From positions 1 to 40,701 of the forward strand of contig JAZRBO010000004.1 of NCBI GenBank assembly GCA_045635125.1: DNA of 40,701 nucleotides, in the 5' to 3' direction. The stretch comes from Alphaproteobacteria bacterium (GTDB taxonomy: Bacteria > Pseudomonadota > Alphaproteobacteria > CAAHEQ01 > UBA3637). Numbering within the stretch: position 1 is the first letter of the stretch; the number at the start of each line of letters is the position of its first letter. A program made the position numbers and the translations under genes. Under the pieces are notes generated by a model that was not told the origin of the DNA, ran no database searches, and worked only from the letters and a program-made list of their open reading frames with translations. Shown in pieces: positions 25,174-33,308 of this stretch.

Positions 25174-25250
25174 ATTCGGGTTTTCCCCTCACCCCTAACG
25201 GGGCCGCCTTCGGCGTTGCCTACGTTACACTTCGGCTGAACCCTACGGCT

Positions 25251-25323
25251 TCAAATTTTCTGCGAAATCGCATAAAAAAAACCCCTCTCGGGGTGTTTTT
25301 TATTGGCGACCCTAACGGGATTT
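25251..25323. repeat. Direct repeat copy B: genuine tRNA-Glu 3' end plus its terminator and downstream sequence
   Basis: Same sequence as copy A, offset by 148 bp. It overlaps the intact tRNA-Glu 3' end (25304-25323). Confidence 0.85.
25274..25300 (-). terminator. Short intrinsic terminator after tRNA-Glu
   Basis: Minus strand reads ACCCC GAGA GGGGT followed by a T-run, 3 nt past the tRNA CCA end. The stem is only 5 bp. Confidence 0.45.
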
Positions 25324-25378
25324 GAACCCGTGTACCGGCCTTGAGAGGGCCGTATCCTAACCGCTAGATGATAGGGTC
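25304..25378 (-). tRNA. tRNA-Glu (anticodon CUC)
   Basis: Minus strand folds by hand: GACCCTA TC ATCT AGCGGTT AGGAT A CGGCC CTCTCAA GGCCG GTAC ACGGG TTCAAAT CCCGT TAGGGTC G CCA. The layout parallels E. coli tRNA-Glu. 75 nt. Confidence 0.88.
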
Positions 25379-25428
25379 TTAACGGGTATGTATCATACAC
25401 CTTTACTGATCAAAAATCAATATTTTTC

Positions 25429-25734
25429 TTAATCGGCAAACATTTTCTGTAATAATTGTAAAATTTGTCGATGCGTTTCCTTTGGTAGAGTCCCGATTTT
25501 TTCAATCAAAGCAGCCTTAGGCACCGCCCGTATCATATCAAGCGCAATTTGTCCCTGATGACCCTTTAAACGCACACCAACACGACATGGAAAAGCCCGT
25601 TCAACAACCGTAATGGGAGCCACAATTAAATAAGGCAAAGAGGCATTCATTTCATCCGGTGACACAACGACACAAGGCTTAGCTTTTCCACGAGAATCAC
25701 ACATAAAAACATCAAATCGTACTACCATTCCCAC
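25429..25734 (-). CDS. Type II toxin, MazF/PemK family endoribonuclease
   Basis: 101 aa with a PemK-like pattern (FDVFMCD...KPCVVVSPDEMN...LIVAPIT). It overlaps the upstream AbrB-type antitoxin gene by 13 nt. Confidence 0.75.
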   Translation of the reverse strand: MGMVVRFDVFMCDSRGKAKPCVVVSPDEMNASLPYLIVAPITVVERAFPCRVGVRLKGHQGQIALDMIRAVPKAALIEKIGTLPKETHRQILQLLQKMFAD

Positions 25735-25940
25735 TCTCCTCTTTCACGCACAGGATTTTCTTTGACATCTGCTTCAAAAGCTTGTTGCCAATCGGATCGC
25801 ACCCCTTCGGTTGGCGCCAAAACAACCTGCCCATCCACGACATTTAGCTCGGCCTCTTTTCCTAATCCGCAAGCTTGAATGACACCTTTAGGTAATCGCA
25901 CACCAACAGAGTTTCCAATTTTAATCAATTTAACCCGCAT
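25722..25940 (-). CDS. Type II antitoxin, AbrB/MazE/SpoVT fold
   Basis: 72 aa with the swapped-hairpin signature MRVKLIKIGNSVGVRLPKGVIQACGL and an acidic/Trp-rich C-terminus. Confidence 0.75.
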   Translation of the reverse strand: MRVKLIKIGNSVGVRLPKGVIQACGLGKEAELNVVDGQVVLAPTEGVRSDWQQAFEADVKENPVRERGEWEW

Positions 25941-25941
25941 T

Positions 25942-27462
25942 TTAATTTCCTTTCAACACATCGGCTAAAACCATGTATAAACGACCAGCATCTGATCCAA
26001 TAACAATGCTGAGTAACATTTTATTACTATCATCCTGACCAACTTTTTGCGTCATTTTTTCAAATGCGGCCATATATCCCTGTGCTGCTTTTTTGAAAGT
26101 TCGATCATTTTGATACAACTCTTTCATTTTTTTAGCGGTAGAAGCCCCCAACTCAGACCGAATATGACGCATAAAAATGGTTTTATCACCACCGTGATAT
26201 CGCTCCCATAAATCTTCAACAACTTTAGGAGAGAATAATTGAGCCATATCCACTGACAACGCCTGTAATTGATCTAAAATAGCCGCTGCTTCGGCCAACA
26301 TATCCTTGTTTTCAATATTGTTTAACAAAGAACGAGCCACCATACGTCGCCCCACACTTTCCATTTGTTGGTGAATTTCGTTTAAATCACCTTTCAAAGT
26401 CATTGCGGCCGACCTAAAATCTTCCGTTTGTCTGGTCAATGCTTCACCAGCATTTTCAAACTCTAAAACTGCTTGTTCAGCCGTTCCCTGTAAGCGTCTA
26501 GCACTTTCTGCCATACCGGATTCAACAACGGCAATACGATTGGCAATTTTACCAACTTCCTGATCCAATAATTCTCCTTGCGCCCGGAAAACAGATAATA
26601 CTTTTTCTAAATTACCGAATAAACGAGCATTTTGTTTATGAGCATCCGTTTCATACATATCAACAGCAGCCTCAATTTTTTGGGCAGCCACAGCCAAATT
26701 TTGCGTTGTTTGACCGGCTTGAACCGTTGCAACCCCAACCCGATTATTCACAGCCTCGATTGCATTCATTAAAGAATGTAACTGATCAGCCCGAGCGCTT
26801 AAATTTTGAGCCATTCCCTCTGTTTCAGATACACTTTGCGAGGTTACTCTTTGCAAAACAACGGCTTGTTCTGAAAATAAACGAGCCGCCTGTTGTGCTT
26901 GTTCCGTAGCACCTGCAATAGCTTCAGATAAATTTTGAATATGGCCAGCAATTTCCCGAACAGATGCCACCGTTTGAGTATCCACATGATTAATAACAGT
27001 CCCTAAATCACTAATCCAGTGCTTTAAATCATCCCGAACGGATTGTGTTTGTTCGTTTACCTCATTAAAAACACCTCTAAATTCTTGAATTTGAAGGCGT
27101 AAGGCATCTGTCAGTGTTTTAGTATAAATAGCACCTTCCTTTGTCGGATAAACTAACTCATTTAAATAACCTCTCAACGTTTCTGCTTCATCGGCTAATT
27201 GTTCAGATCTATCAAAATAAGCACTAACCAACCATACAATTAACACCGGCAAACATAATCCGCCCAATTCCCCAACAAGTTCAGCTGGTGACAATTCAGA
27301 CCGCGAAGCCCACCATCCAGATATCCTTAAATAATTGAGAACAAAAGAAAACCAAATAACACCAAACACAACAGAAATAATAAACCCCTTTTTCTGCCAA
27401 ATTGTCGGCCGAACTGGTACATCTTCTTCAAAATCAGCCTGCTTTTGATTTTTATTAGCCAT
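25942..27462 (-). CDS. Membrane-anchored coiled-coil hypothetical protein (506 aa)
   Basis: ATG 27462 is preceded by AAGGAGGG. There are two N-terminal TM helices (GFIISVVFGVIWFSFVLNYL; LGGLCLPVLIVWLVSAYF), about 300 aa of Gln/Ala/Glu-rich heptad-like sequence, and a distinct C-terminal domain. The track ORF start 27528 is not supported by an SD. Confidence 0.7.
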   Translation of the reverse strand: MANKNQKQADFEEDVPVRPTIWQKKGFIISVVFGVIWFSFVLNYLRISGWWASRSELSPAELVGELGGLCLPVLIVWLVSAYFDRSEQLADEAETLRGYLNELVYPTKEGAIYTKTLTDALRLQIQEFRGVFNEVNEQTQSVRDDLKHWISDLGTVINHVDTQTVASVREIAGHIQNLSEAIAGATEQAQQAARLFSEQAVVLQRVTSQSVSETEGMAQNLSARADQLHSLMNAIEAVNNRVGVATVQAGQTTQNLAVAAQKIEAAVDMYETDAHKQNARLFGNLEKVLSVFRAQGELLDQEVGKIANRIAVVESGMAESARRLQGTAEQAVLEFENAGEALTRQTEDFRSAAMTLKGDLNEIHQQMESVGRRMVARSLLNNIENKDMLAEAAAILDQLQALSVDMAQLFSPKVVEDLWERYHGGDKTIFMRHIRSELGASTAKKMKELYQNDRTFKKAAQGYMAAFEKMTQKVGQDDSNKMLLSIVIGSDAGRLYMVLADVLKGN

Positions 27463-27533
27463 ATGCCCTCCTTTTAAGGTGATTAATAACACCTCCACTA
27501 TAACAGACCTATTAATAAAAAGCAACACAAAAA

Positions 27534-27695
27534 ATAATTACATTGTTATTACTTTATTAATTTGTAATTACAATGTAATCACATCATGAGATCCCTCTAA
27601 ATTTCACACAACAACGTAATTACATTGTTATCATAAAAATAGAAACATAATTACAATGTAATTACACACCCATTTTGTAAATACATTGTAATTAC
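27534..27695. repeat. Array 1 of five 19-bp palindromic sites (consensus GTAATTACAWTGTAATTAC)
   Basis: Sites: 27534-27552 ataattacattgttattac; 27564-27582 gtaattacaatgtaatcac; 27616-27634 gtaattacattgttatcat; 27647-27665 ataattacaatgtaattac; 27677-27695 gtaaatacattgtaattac. Start-to-start spacings are 30, 52, 31 and 30 bp. Confidence 0.9.
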
Positions 27696-27753
27696 AAAAA
27701 AAACAATCATATTTCTTTTAATAGTGTCTCTGATTTCTCGATTCAAAAAAGTA

Positions 27754-28782
27754 TTATCGGCGCAATCGATTTGCTCGAGCTGTAATTTGCGTCACAGTTC
27801 GACTTAAAATCAATTCCGATGGCATGCCGGTACTTTTAATCTGCTGTTCTGTTTCTAATAATAAATTCAATACCTTAACAATATATTCAACAGGCCACAT
27901 CATTATTTGACGACGCATTGTTTCTTCCAATCGAAATTGAGCGGGCTTTATTATTTTTTTTACCGCTGTATCTAATGACGCCCCCTTTCCCAATAAATCA
28001 GAAGCCGTCAACAACAAATGAAAATGCGTCAATAACAAACGAACTAACCCGACGGGATTTTCCCCATTAGACAATAATAAAGCAGCTGCTTTGTCTGCAT
28101 TTTTTTGATTTCCTTCGGCGACAGCACAACAAAATAAATCTGCTGATGTATTAACAGTATCCGTAATAACAGCAAGAACATCAGAAGCCGTCACTGTTTT
28201 CCTATCACCCAAGTAAACTATTAGTTTTTCCAACTCTCGACGGGTTGCCAATCTATTTTCACTCAACCGTTCTACCAACATCGGCATAACCTTAGGATCA
28301 ACCCCAATTCCCTCTCCTGATAAAATTTCTCTTATAAAAACAGCCACATCCTTTGATTCATCTGCATAACAAGCCACCGTTAAAATATCGGGATGAGCCT
28401 CACAAAAAGTCCGCAAAGAAGATGACTTTGTTAAATTATCAGCGGTTATCAACAAAAAAGAATCGGTTTGAATATGTGTAACAAAAGAATCTACAGCCTC
28501 CGTTGCAAAATTATCCCCGTCCCTTAAACAAATTAATCGGCGCCCTCCCATCAATAAGACGCTATTCCCCTCATCCAATAATAAACTGGGCGTTTCTCGC
28601 AATTGTGCTGGCATCACACGACAAACAGCAAAAGAATCCTTTATATCCGGCACAATCAATCCAGCAATTTTAGTGGCGGTTTCCTGCACAACACCAAAAT
28701 CGGCCCCAAAAACCAACGCCCCCTTAAATCGGCCTTGAATTTGCGGTTTTAACGCCTCTATTTGATAGGGTTTTGCTTTCAC
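27754..28782 (-). CDS. holA: DNA polymerase III delta subunit
   Basis: 342 aa. The N-terminus (ALVFGADFGVVQETATKI) and length fit HolA, and it sits in the canonical position immediately after lptE with a 4-nt overlap. Confidence 0.8.
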   Translation of the reverse strand: MKAKPYQIEALKPQIQGRFKGALVFGADFGVVQETATKIAGLIVPDIKDSFAVCRVMPAQLRETPSLLLDEGNSVLLMGGRRLICLRDGDNFATEAVDSFVTHIQTDSFLLITADNLTKSSSLRTFCEAHPDILTVACYADESKDVAVFIREILSGEGIGVDPKVMPMLVERLSENRLATRRELEKLIVYLGDRKTVTASDVLAVITDTVNTSADLFCCAVAEGNQKNADKAAALLLSNGENPVGLVRLLLTHFHLLLTASDLLGKGASLDTAVKKIIKPAQFRLEETMRRQIMMWPVEYIVKVLNLLLETEQQIKSTGMPSELILSRTVTQITARANRLRR

Positions 28783-29276
28783 TGTTCCCTTCCCCGCAAA
28801 TATGAAAAGATATGTAACGAAATATCATCTGCTAAAATACGGATCAGATTTTGATACATTTTTTCTTTAGCTGTTATTGTTGCATACGGTTCATTGACGA
28901 TATTATAAGAACCGCTTGCAGATGTATCAGAAGATACAATCGATGTATTTGTTTTTAAATCAACTAATTGATAAGAAGCGGTCAGCGTCATTTTTTCAAG
29001 GCTTATAAAATTATCTCCCCGAATACTTTGATCATAAAAAACAGGTTCCTTTAGTTGAATACGCAACTCCCATTTTTTCAAAGCTATTATTTGTTTCGGA
29101 TTTAATTTCTGCCGCAAGAGCATATCCATCTGATAGCCACCCGCATTAGGAATTGGGGCAATTTGAATTTTTTCAGCTTCTTGCACAACATTTTGATTAT
29201 TTTCAGACATATAGAGGGGTTTAAAACCACACGCCCCTATTCCAACACAACACAATAAAACCAAAAACCAACGCAT
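28779..29276 (-). CDS. lptE: LPS-assembly lipoprotein LptE
   Basis: 165 aa with a lipobox (LLCCVGIGACGFKPLY) and the conserved lptE-holA gene pair context. Confidence 0.7.
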   Translation of the reverse strand: MRWFLVLLCCVGIGACGFKPLYMSENNQNVVQEAEKIQIAPIPNAGGYQMDMLLRQKLNPKQIIALKKWELRIQLKEPVFYDQSIRGDNFISLEKMTLTASYQLVDLKTNTSIVSSDTSASGSYNIVNEPYATITAKEKMYQNLIRILADDISLHIFSYLRGREQ

Positions 29277-29363
29277 ATGCCTCTCCTTTTCTTATCGACA
29301 GTATACCGATTTTTAACTTGAAAGACAAGGAAAAATCGGCTATTCTAGTCAAAAAGGATAAAT

Positions 29364-30239
29364 ATGAAAAAACGACACATTATTGTGATAGCTGGTCCAA
29401 CGGCCAGCGGTAAATCGGACTTAGCTGTTCAAACGGCTGCTGCAATAGGTGGTACCGTTATCAATGCGGATGCGACCCAAGTATATCAAGACCTAACAAT
29501 TGTATCAGCCCGTCCAACGTGTGCAGATATGCAAGGTATCCCTCATGCATTATACGGATATATTGATGCCTGGACCCAAAATACGGTTCAAGATTGGTTG
29601 CGGGATATAACATCTGTTCTAGAAACAACAGAACATCCGGTTGTTGTTGGGGGAACAGGCCTGTATATCGGCGCTTTAGTTAACGGCTTTCATACGATTC
29701 CGGATATTGATCCAAGTATTCGGGAAAAGGTTCGTTCCATGCCAATATCAGAGGTTCAAAAACAAGTTCCAGATTGTCGCTTTACAGATCCACAACGCCT
29801 ATGTCGCGCTTTAGAAGTATATCTCAGTACTGGAAAACCACTTTCTTATTTTTACGAGCAACCCAAAACAAAGATTGTTGATGCTGACTTTACGGTTGTT
29901 TTTCTGAATCCCGACAGAAAAACACTATACAGCCGATGTGATACCCGTTTTCATAAAATGTTAGAGCAGGGGGGTATTGAAGAGGTTCGACACCTTTTAT
30001 CACTTAATCCGACAGGTGGGGTATTAAAAGCAATCGGTGTACCGGAAATAACCGCTTATTTACAGGGTGAAAAATCTTTTGAAGAAATGGTTCAGGCTGC
30101 TACTTTATCTACCCGACACTATGCTAAGCGACAAATCACCTGGTTTCGTCATCAATTATCGGCTGATATAACAGCCACCACCCTTGATGCTGACTTGATT
30201 CATCACTTGACAAACCGACATAAAATGAGTATGATATAA
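29364..30239 (+). CDS. miaA: tRNA dimethylallyltransferase
   Basis: 291 aa with a P-loop (IAGPTASGKSDLAV) and IPPT family pattern (VVGGTGLYIGALV, AKRQITWFR). Confidence 0.9.
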   Translation: MKKRHIIVIAGPTASGKSDLAVQTAAAIGGTVINADATQVYQDLTIVSARPTCADMQGIPHALYGYIDAWTQNTVQDWLRDITSVLETTEHPVVVGGTGLYIGALVNGFHTIPDIDPSIREKVRSMPISEVQKQVPDCRFTDPQRLCRALEVYLSTGKPLSYFYEQPKTKIVDADFTVVFLNPDRKTLYSRCDTRFHKMLEQGGIEEVRHLLSLNPTGGVLKAIGVPEITAYLQGEKSFEEMVQAATLSTRHYAKRQITWFRHQLSADITATTLDADLIHHLTNRHKMSMI

Positions 30240-30305
30240 GTTAAGCGACTGTTCTGTCGTTCTTTTTCCCATTTATTTTGATATATAACATGCATAGGAG
30301 ATACC

Positions 30306-31565
30306 ATGCAATTAAAAGACCTTAAGAAAAAAACGCCGGCCGAATTGTTAATTTATGCCGAGGAATTAGAAGTTGAAAACGCAGCATCATTACGTACACA
30401 AGACTTAATGTACTCTATTTTAAAGAAATTATCTGAATCCGAAACAACTTTATTTGGTGAGGGTGTTTTAGAAGTTATGCAGGATGGATTTGGCTTTTTA
30501 CGCTCGGCAGAGGCAAATTATTTAGCGGGTCCTGATGATATTTATGTTGACCCGAGTCATATCAAAAAATGGGGACTTCGGACTGGTGATACAGTTGAAG
30601 GCAAAATCAGTGCCCCACAAAATGGAGAAAAATACTTTTCTCTGACATCGATTAATACAGTTAACTTTGTCAAACCAGAAGAATTAAGATATCGCATTAA
30701 CTTTGATGATTTGACACCACTTTATCCGGATACGGGTATCAAAATGGAACACGATACAACGCCGGAAGATAAAGATATGACAGCCCGTATCATTGATTTA
30801 ATCTGTCCTCAAGGATTTGGACAACGCTCTTTAATTGTGGCACCACCCAGAACTGGAAAAACGGTTATGCTTAAAAACATAGCGCATGCTATTACAGCGA
30901 ATTATCCGAAAGCCCATTTAATTATGTTATTAATTGACGAACGCCCTGAAGAAGTCACAGACATGATTCGCTCGGTAAAAGGTGAGGTGATAAGCTCTAC
31001 CTTTGATGAACCGGCAGCTCGTCACGTTCAAGTCGCCGAAATGGTGATTGAAAAAGCAAAACGCCTTGTTGAGCATAAAAAAGATGTGATTATTTTACTG
31101 GATTCCATTACCCGACTAGCCCGTGCCTACAACACCGTTATTCCAACATCAGGTAAGGTATTAACAGGTGGCGTGGATGCAAATGCCCTACAAAAACCGA
31201 AACGCTTTTTCGGGGCTGCTCGTAATATAGAGGAGGGGGGCTCTTTAACGATTTTCGGAACAGCTTTAATTGATACCGGTTCCCGTATGGATGAAGTTAT
31301 TTTTGAAGAGTTTAAAGGAACTGGTAACAGCGAAATTATATTAGATCGTAAAGTATCCGACAAACGTATTTTTCCTGCCATTGATATTACGAAATCAGGT
31401 ACCCGAAAAGAGGAATTGCTTGTGGATCGGAATCGGTTACCCAAAATGTGGGTATTACGTCGCGTATTAATGCCTATGGGAGTAACGGACTCAATGGAAT
31501 TTTTAATGGATAAGTTACGTATTTCTAAAACAAATGATGATTTCTTTGATAGTATGAATCAATAG
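30306..31565 (+). CDS. rho: Transcription termination factor Rho
   Basis: 419 aa with the N-terminal Rho_N motif ([13 protein letters not shown]), a cold-shock-like RNA-binding domain (GFGFLR), Walker A (PPRTGKT), and a highly conserved remainder. Confidence 0.95.
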   Translation: MQLKDLKKKTPAELLIYAEELEVENAASLRTQDLMYSILKKLSESETTLFGEGVLEVMQDGFGFLRSAEANYLAGPDDIYVDPSHIKKWGLRTGDTVEGKISAPQNGEKYFSLTSINTVNFVKPEELRYRINFDDLTPLYPDTGIKMEHDTTPEDKDMTARIIDLICPQGFGQRSLIVAPPRTGKTVMLKNIAHAITANYPKAHLIMLLIDERPEEVTDMIRSVKGEVISSTFDEPAARHVQVAEMVIEKAKRLVEHKKDVIILLDSITRLARAYNTVIPTSGKVLTGGVDANALQKPKRFFGAARNIEEGGSLTIFGTALIDTGSRMDEVIFEEFKGTGNSEIILDRKVSDKRIFPAIDITKSGTRKEELLVDRNRLPKMWVLRRVLMPMGVTDSMEFLMDKLRISKTNDDFFDSMNQ

Positions 31566-32263
31566 TTTTTAGAGATAGCATCCTCATTTAAATTTAATCG
31601 ATTAATAATCGAATAGGGTTCTTTATTTCCACCAATAATTAAATGATCGGCTAAATGAATACCATTTGCATATAAAATCCGTCGCAGTTCTTTGGTTAAC
31701 CGAATATCATCCTGCGACGGTTTAATATCCATGGATGGATGATTATGGGCTAAAATAACCGTAACCGCATTAAGAGATAATGCCTTTTTAAGAACTTCTC
31801 TTGGATACAAATGTACTTGATCACACGTCCCTGGATGAGATGTTTCCTGTCTAATTAATTTCATATTTTTATCTAAATAAAATACGATAAACCGCTCAAC
31901 CATCTCTTGTCCAATAGACATCCTGCAATAATCAATCACATTGTGCCATTGACTAAAAACAGGATGGCATTTTAAGTCATTTAACAATAAGTATTTATTC
32001 GCCTCTAAAATAATCTTAAACATTGTAATGGTTGATTCTTTTATCCCTTTGAATTGTTTTAATTCTTCCGGATTAGCATGTAACACACCAGCAAATGAAA
32101 AGAAATGTTTTAATAACTGTTTAGCAAGTGGTTTAACATCCCGACGAGGAATACATCTTGTTAAAATCAGCTCTAAAAACTCATAATCAGGAAGCGAATT
32201 TCCCTCTGTCGATAAAAAACGTTCTTGTAATCTCTTTCGATGTCCGGCAGGATCAAAAGGCAT
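31559..32263 (-). CDS. radC: RadC-family JAB/MPN domain protein
   Basis: [11 protein letters not shown]-terminus, HhH region and JAMM motif [14 protein letters not shown]. The start is set at ATG 32263 ([12 protein letters not shown]). The track start 32302 would overlap map by 28 nt. Confidence 0.85.
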   Translation of the reverse strand: MPFDPAGHRKRLQERFLSTEGNSLPDYEFLELILTRCIPRRDVKPLAKQLLKHFFSFAGVLHANPEELKQFKGIKESTITMFKIILEANKYLLLNDLKCHPVFSQWHNVIDYCRMSIGQEMVERFIVFYLDKNMKLIRQETSHPGTCDQVHLYPREVLKKALSLNAVTVILAHNHPSMDIKPSQDDIRLTKELRRILYANGIHLADHLIIGGNKEPYSIINRLNLNEDAISKNY

Positions 32264-32274
32264 TAATACCCCCC

Positions 32275-33072
32275 TTATGCCCTGTACGGTGGGCAATGCC
32301 ATCCTTTTGGGGAAAGCGTAAAAATTTCATATCCTGTGGCTGTTATGCCAATCATATGCTCAAATTGTGCTGACAATGACCGATCTTTCGTAATAACCGT
32401 CCATCCATCAGACAAAGTCAAGGTATCCGAACCACCAATATTAACCATCGGCTCAACCGTAAAGACAAGGCCAGGAACAAGCTCTATTCCCGTTCCAGGA
32501 ACGCCATAATTCAACACATTCGGTTGACCATGATAAACACGACCAATACCGTGTCCACAATAATCCGTTACAACAGAATATCTGTTTTTAAAGGCTGTCT
32601 GTTGCATAGCGTGACCAACATCCCCCAATGTCCGACCGGGGAGGGCATTCTGAATACCAGCCATCATTGTTTCATAAGTTGTTTCAACCAATCTTTTTGC
32701 TTTGACGGACGGTTTTCCGACATAATACATACGGGATGTATCGCCATACCATCCATCTAAAATAACGGTAATATCAATATTAATGATGTCTCCGTTTTGT
32801 AATACTTTTTGTTCGGACGGAATCCCGTGACACACCACATGATTTGGGGAAATACAACTTGCTTTAGGAAAACCGTGATAACCAATATTGGCCGGAATCC
32901 CCCCATGGGATGTCATAAACGATGTTAATAAATCATCCAAAGCCCCCGTTGTGACCCCCGGCTTTACATATTCTGTAATATAATCAAGCGTTTCAGCGGC
33001 CAAACGTCCAGCACGTCTTAATCCGTCAAAATCAGATAAAGGATAAATTGTCAGTTCATTTTTATGTTTCAT
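32275..33072 (-). CDS. map: Type I methionine aminopeptidase
   Basis: 265 aa with metal ligand pattern (NHVVCHGIP, DIINIDITV, GHGIG, FTVEPM, AQFEH). Confidence 0.95.
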   Translation of the reverse strand: MKHKNELTIYPLSDFDGLRRAGRLAAETLDYITEYVKPGVTTGALDDLLTSFMTSHGGIPANIGYHGFPKASCISPNHVVCHGIPSEQKVLQNGDIINIDITVILDGWYGDTSRMYYVGKPSVKAKRLVETTYETMMAGIQNALPGRTLGDVGHAMQQTAFKNRYSVVTDYCGHGIGRVYHGQPNVLNYGVPGTGIELVPGLVFTVEPMVNIGGSDTLTLSDGWTVITKDRSLSAQFEHMIGITATGYEIFTLSPKGWHCPPYRA

Positions 33073-33308
33073 GGGAAACAGTTTATCTTATTTTACAAAA
33101 AAATACTAGCTTTTTTTAATACTTTGTTCTAAATTAAAAAACGTAAAAAGGAATGAATGCCCATGATGTCACGTTACGAACATATCATTATTTTAGCTAT
33201 AATTTTCGGCTTTATTGTATACTACTTACTAAAAAACTCACCACTAGTTAATTAAAATCCTGCCAAAGATAAAACTCATTGACAGGATTTATAAACAGCT
33301 GTTTGACA

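Noticed and set aside
25174-25250. GC-rich 77-bp spacer between the tRNA-Glu repeat copies considered as a pseudo-tRNA or small structured RNA
   Set aside because: It cannot be folded into a cloverleaf by hand. It contains only fragments of the acceptor/T-arm 3' sequence and a short GCCG-CCTT-CGGC hairpin. It is better explained as att-scar debris.
27534-27695. Palindrome arrays (also 40088-40269) considered as CRISPR arrays
   Set aside because: The repeats are only 19 bp and internally palindromic. The intervening segments are mostly 11-12 bp, far shorter than CRISPR spacers. The copies are degenerate, and there are no cas genes or leader.
31127-31444. 105-aa antisense ORF inside rho. Similar antisense or off-frame ORFs lie inside thrS, hemW, cysS, xseA, map, hpf and the M16 peptidase.
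   Set aside because: They lie fully within highly conserved genes on the opposite strand or in another frame. There is no independent support.
33255-33290. Inverted repeat aaatcctg / caggattt considered as the cysS terminator
   Set aside because: The stem is only 8 bp and mostly A/T, and the loop is 20 nt. On the minus strand the stem is followed by aattaac, with no T-run. It is too weak to call as a feature.
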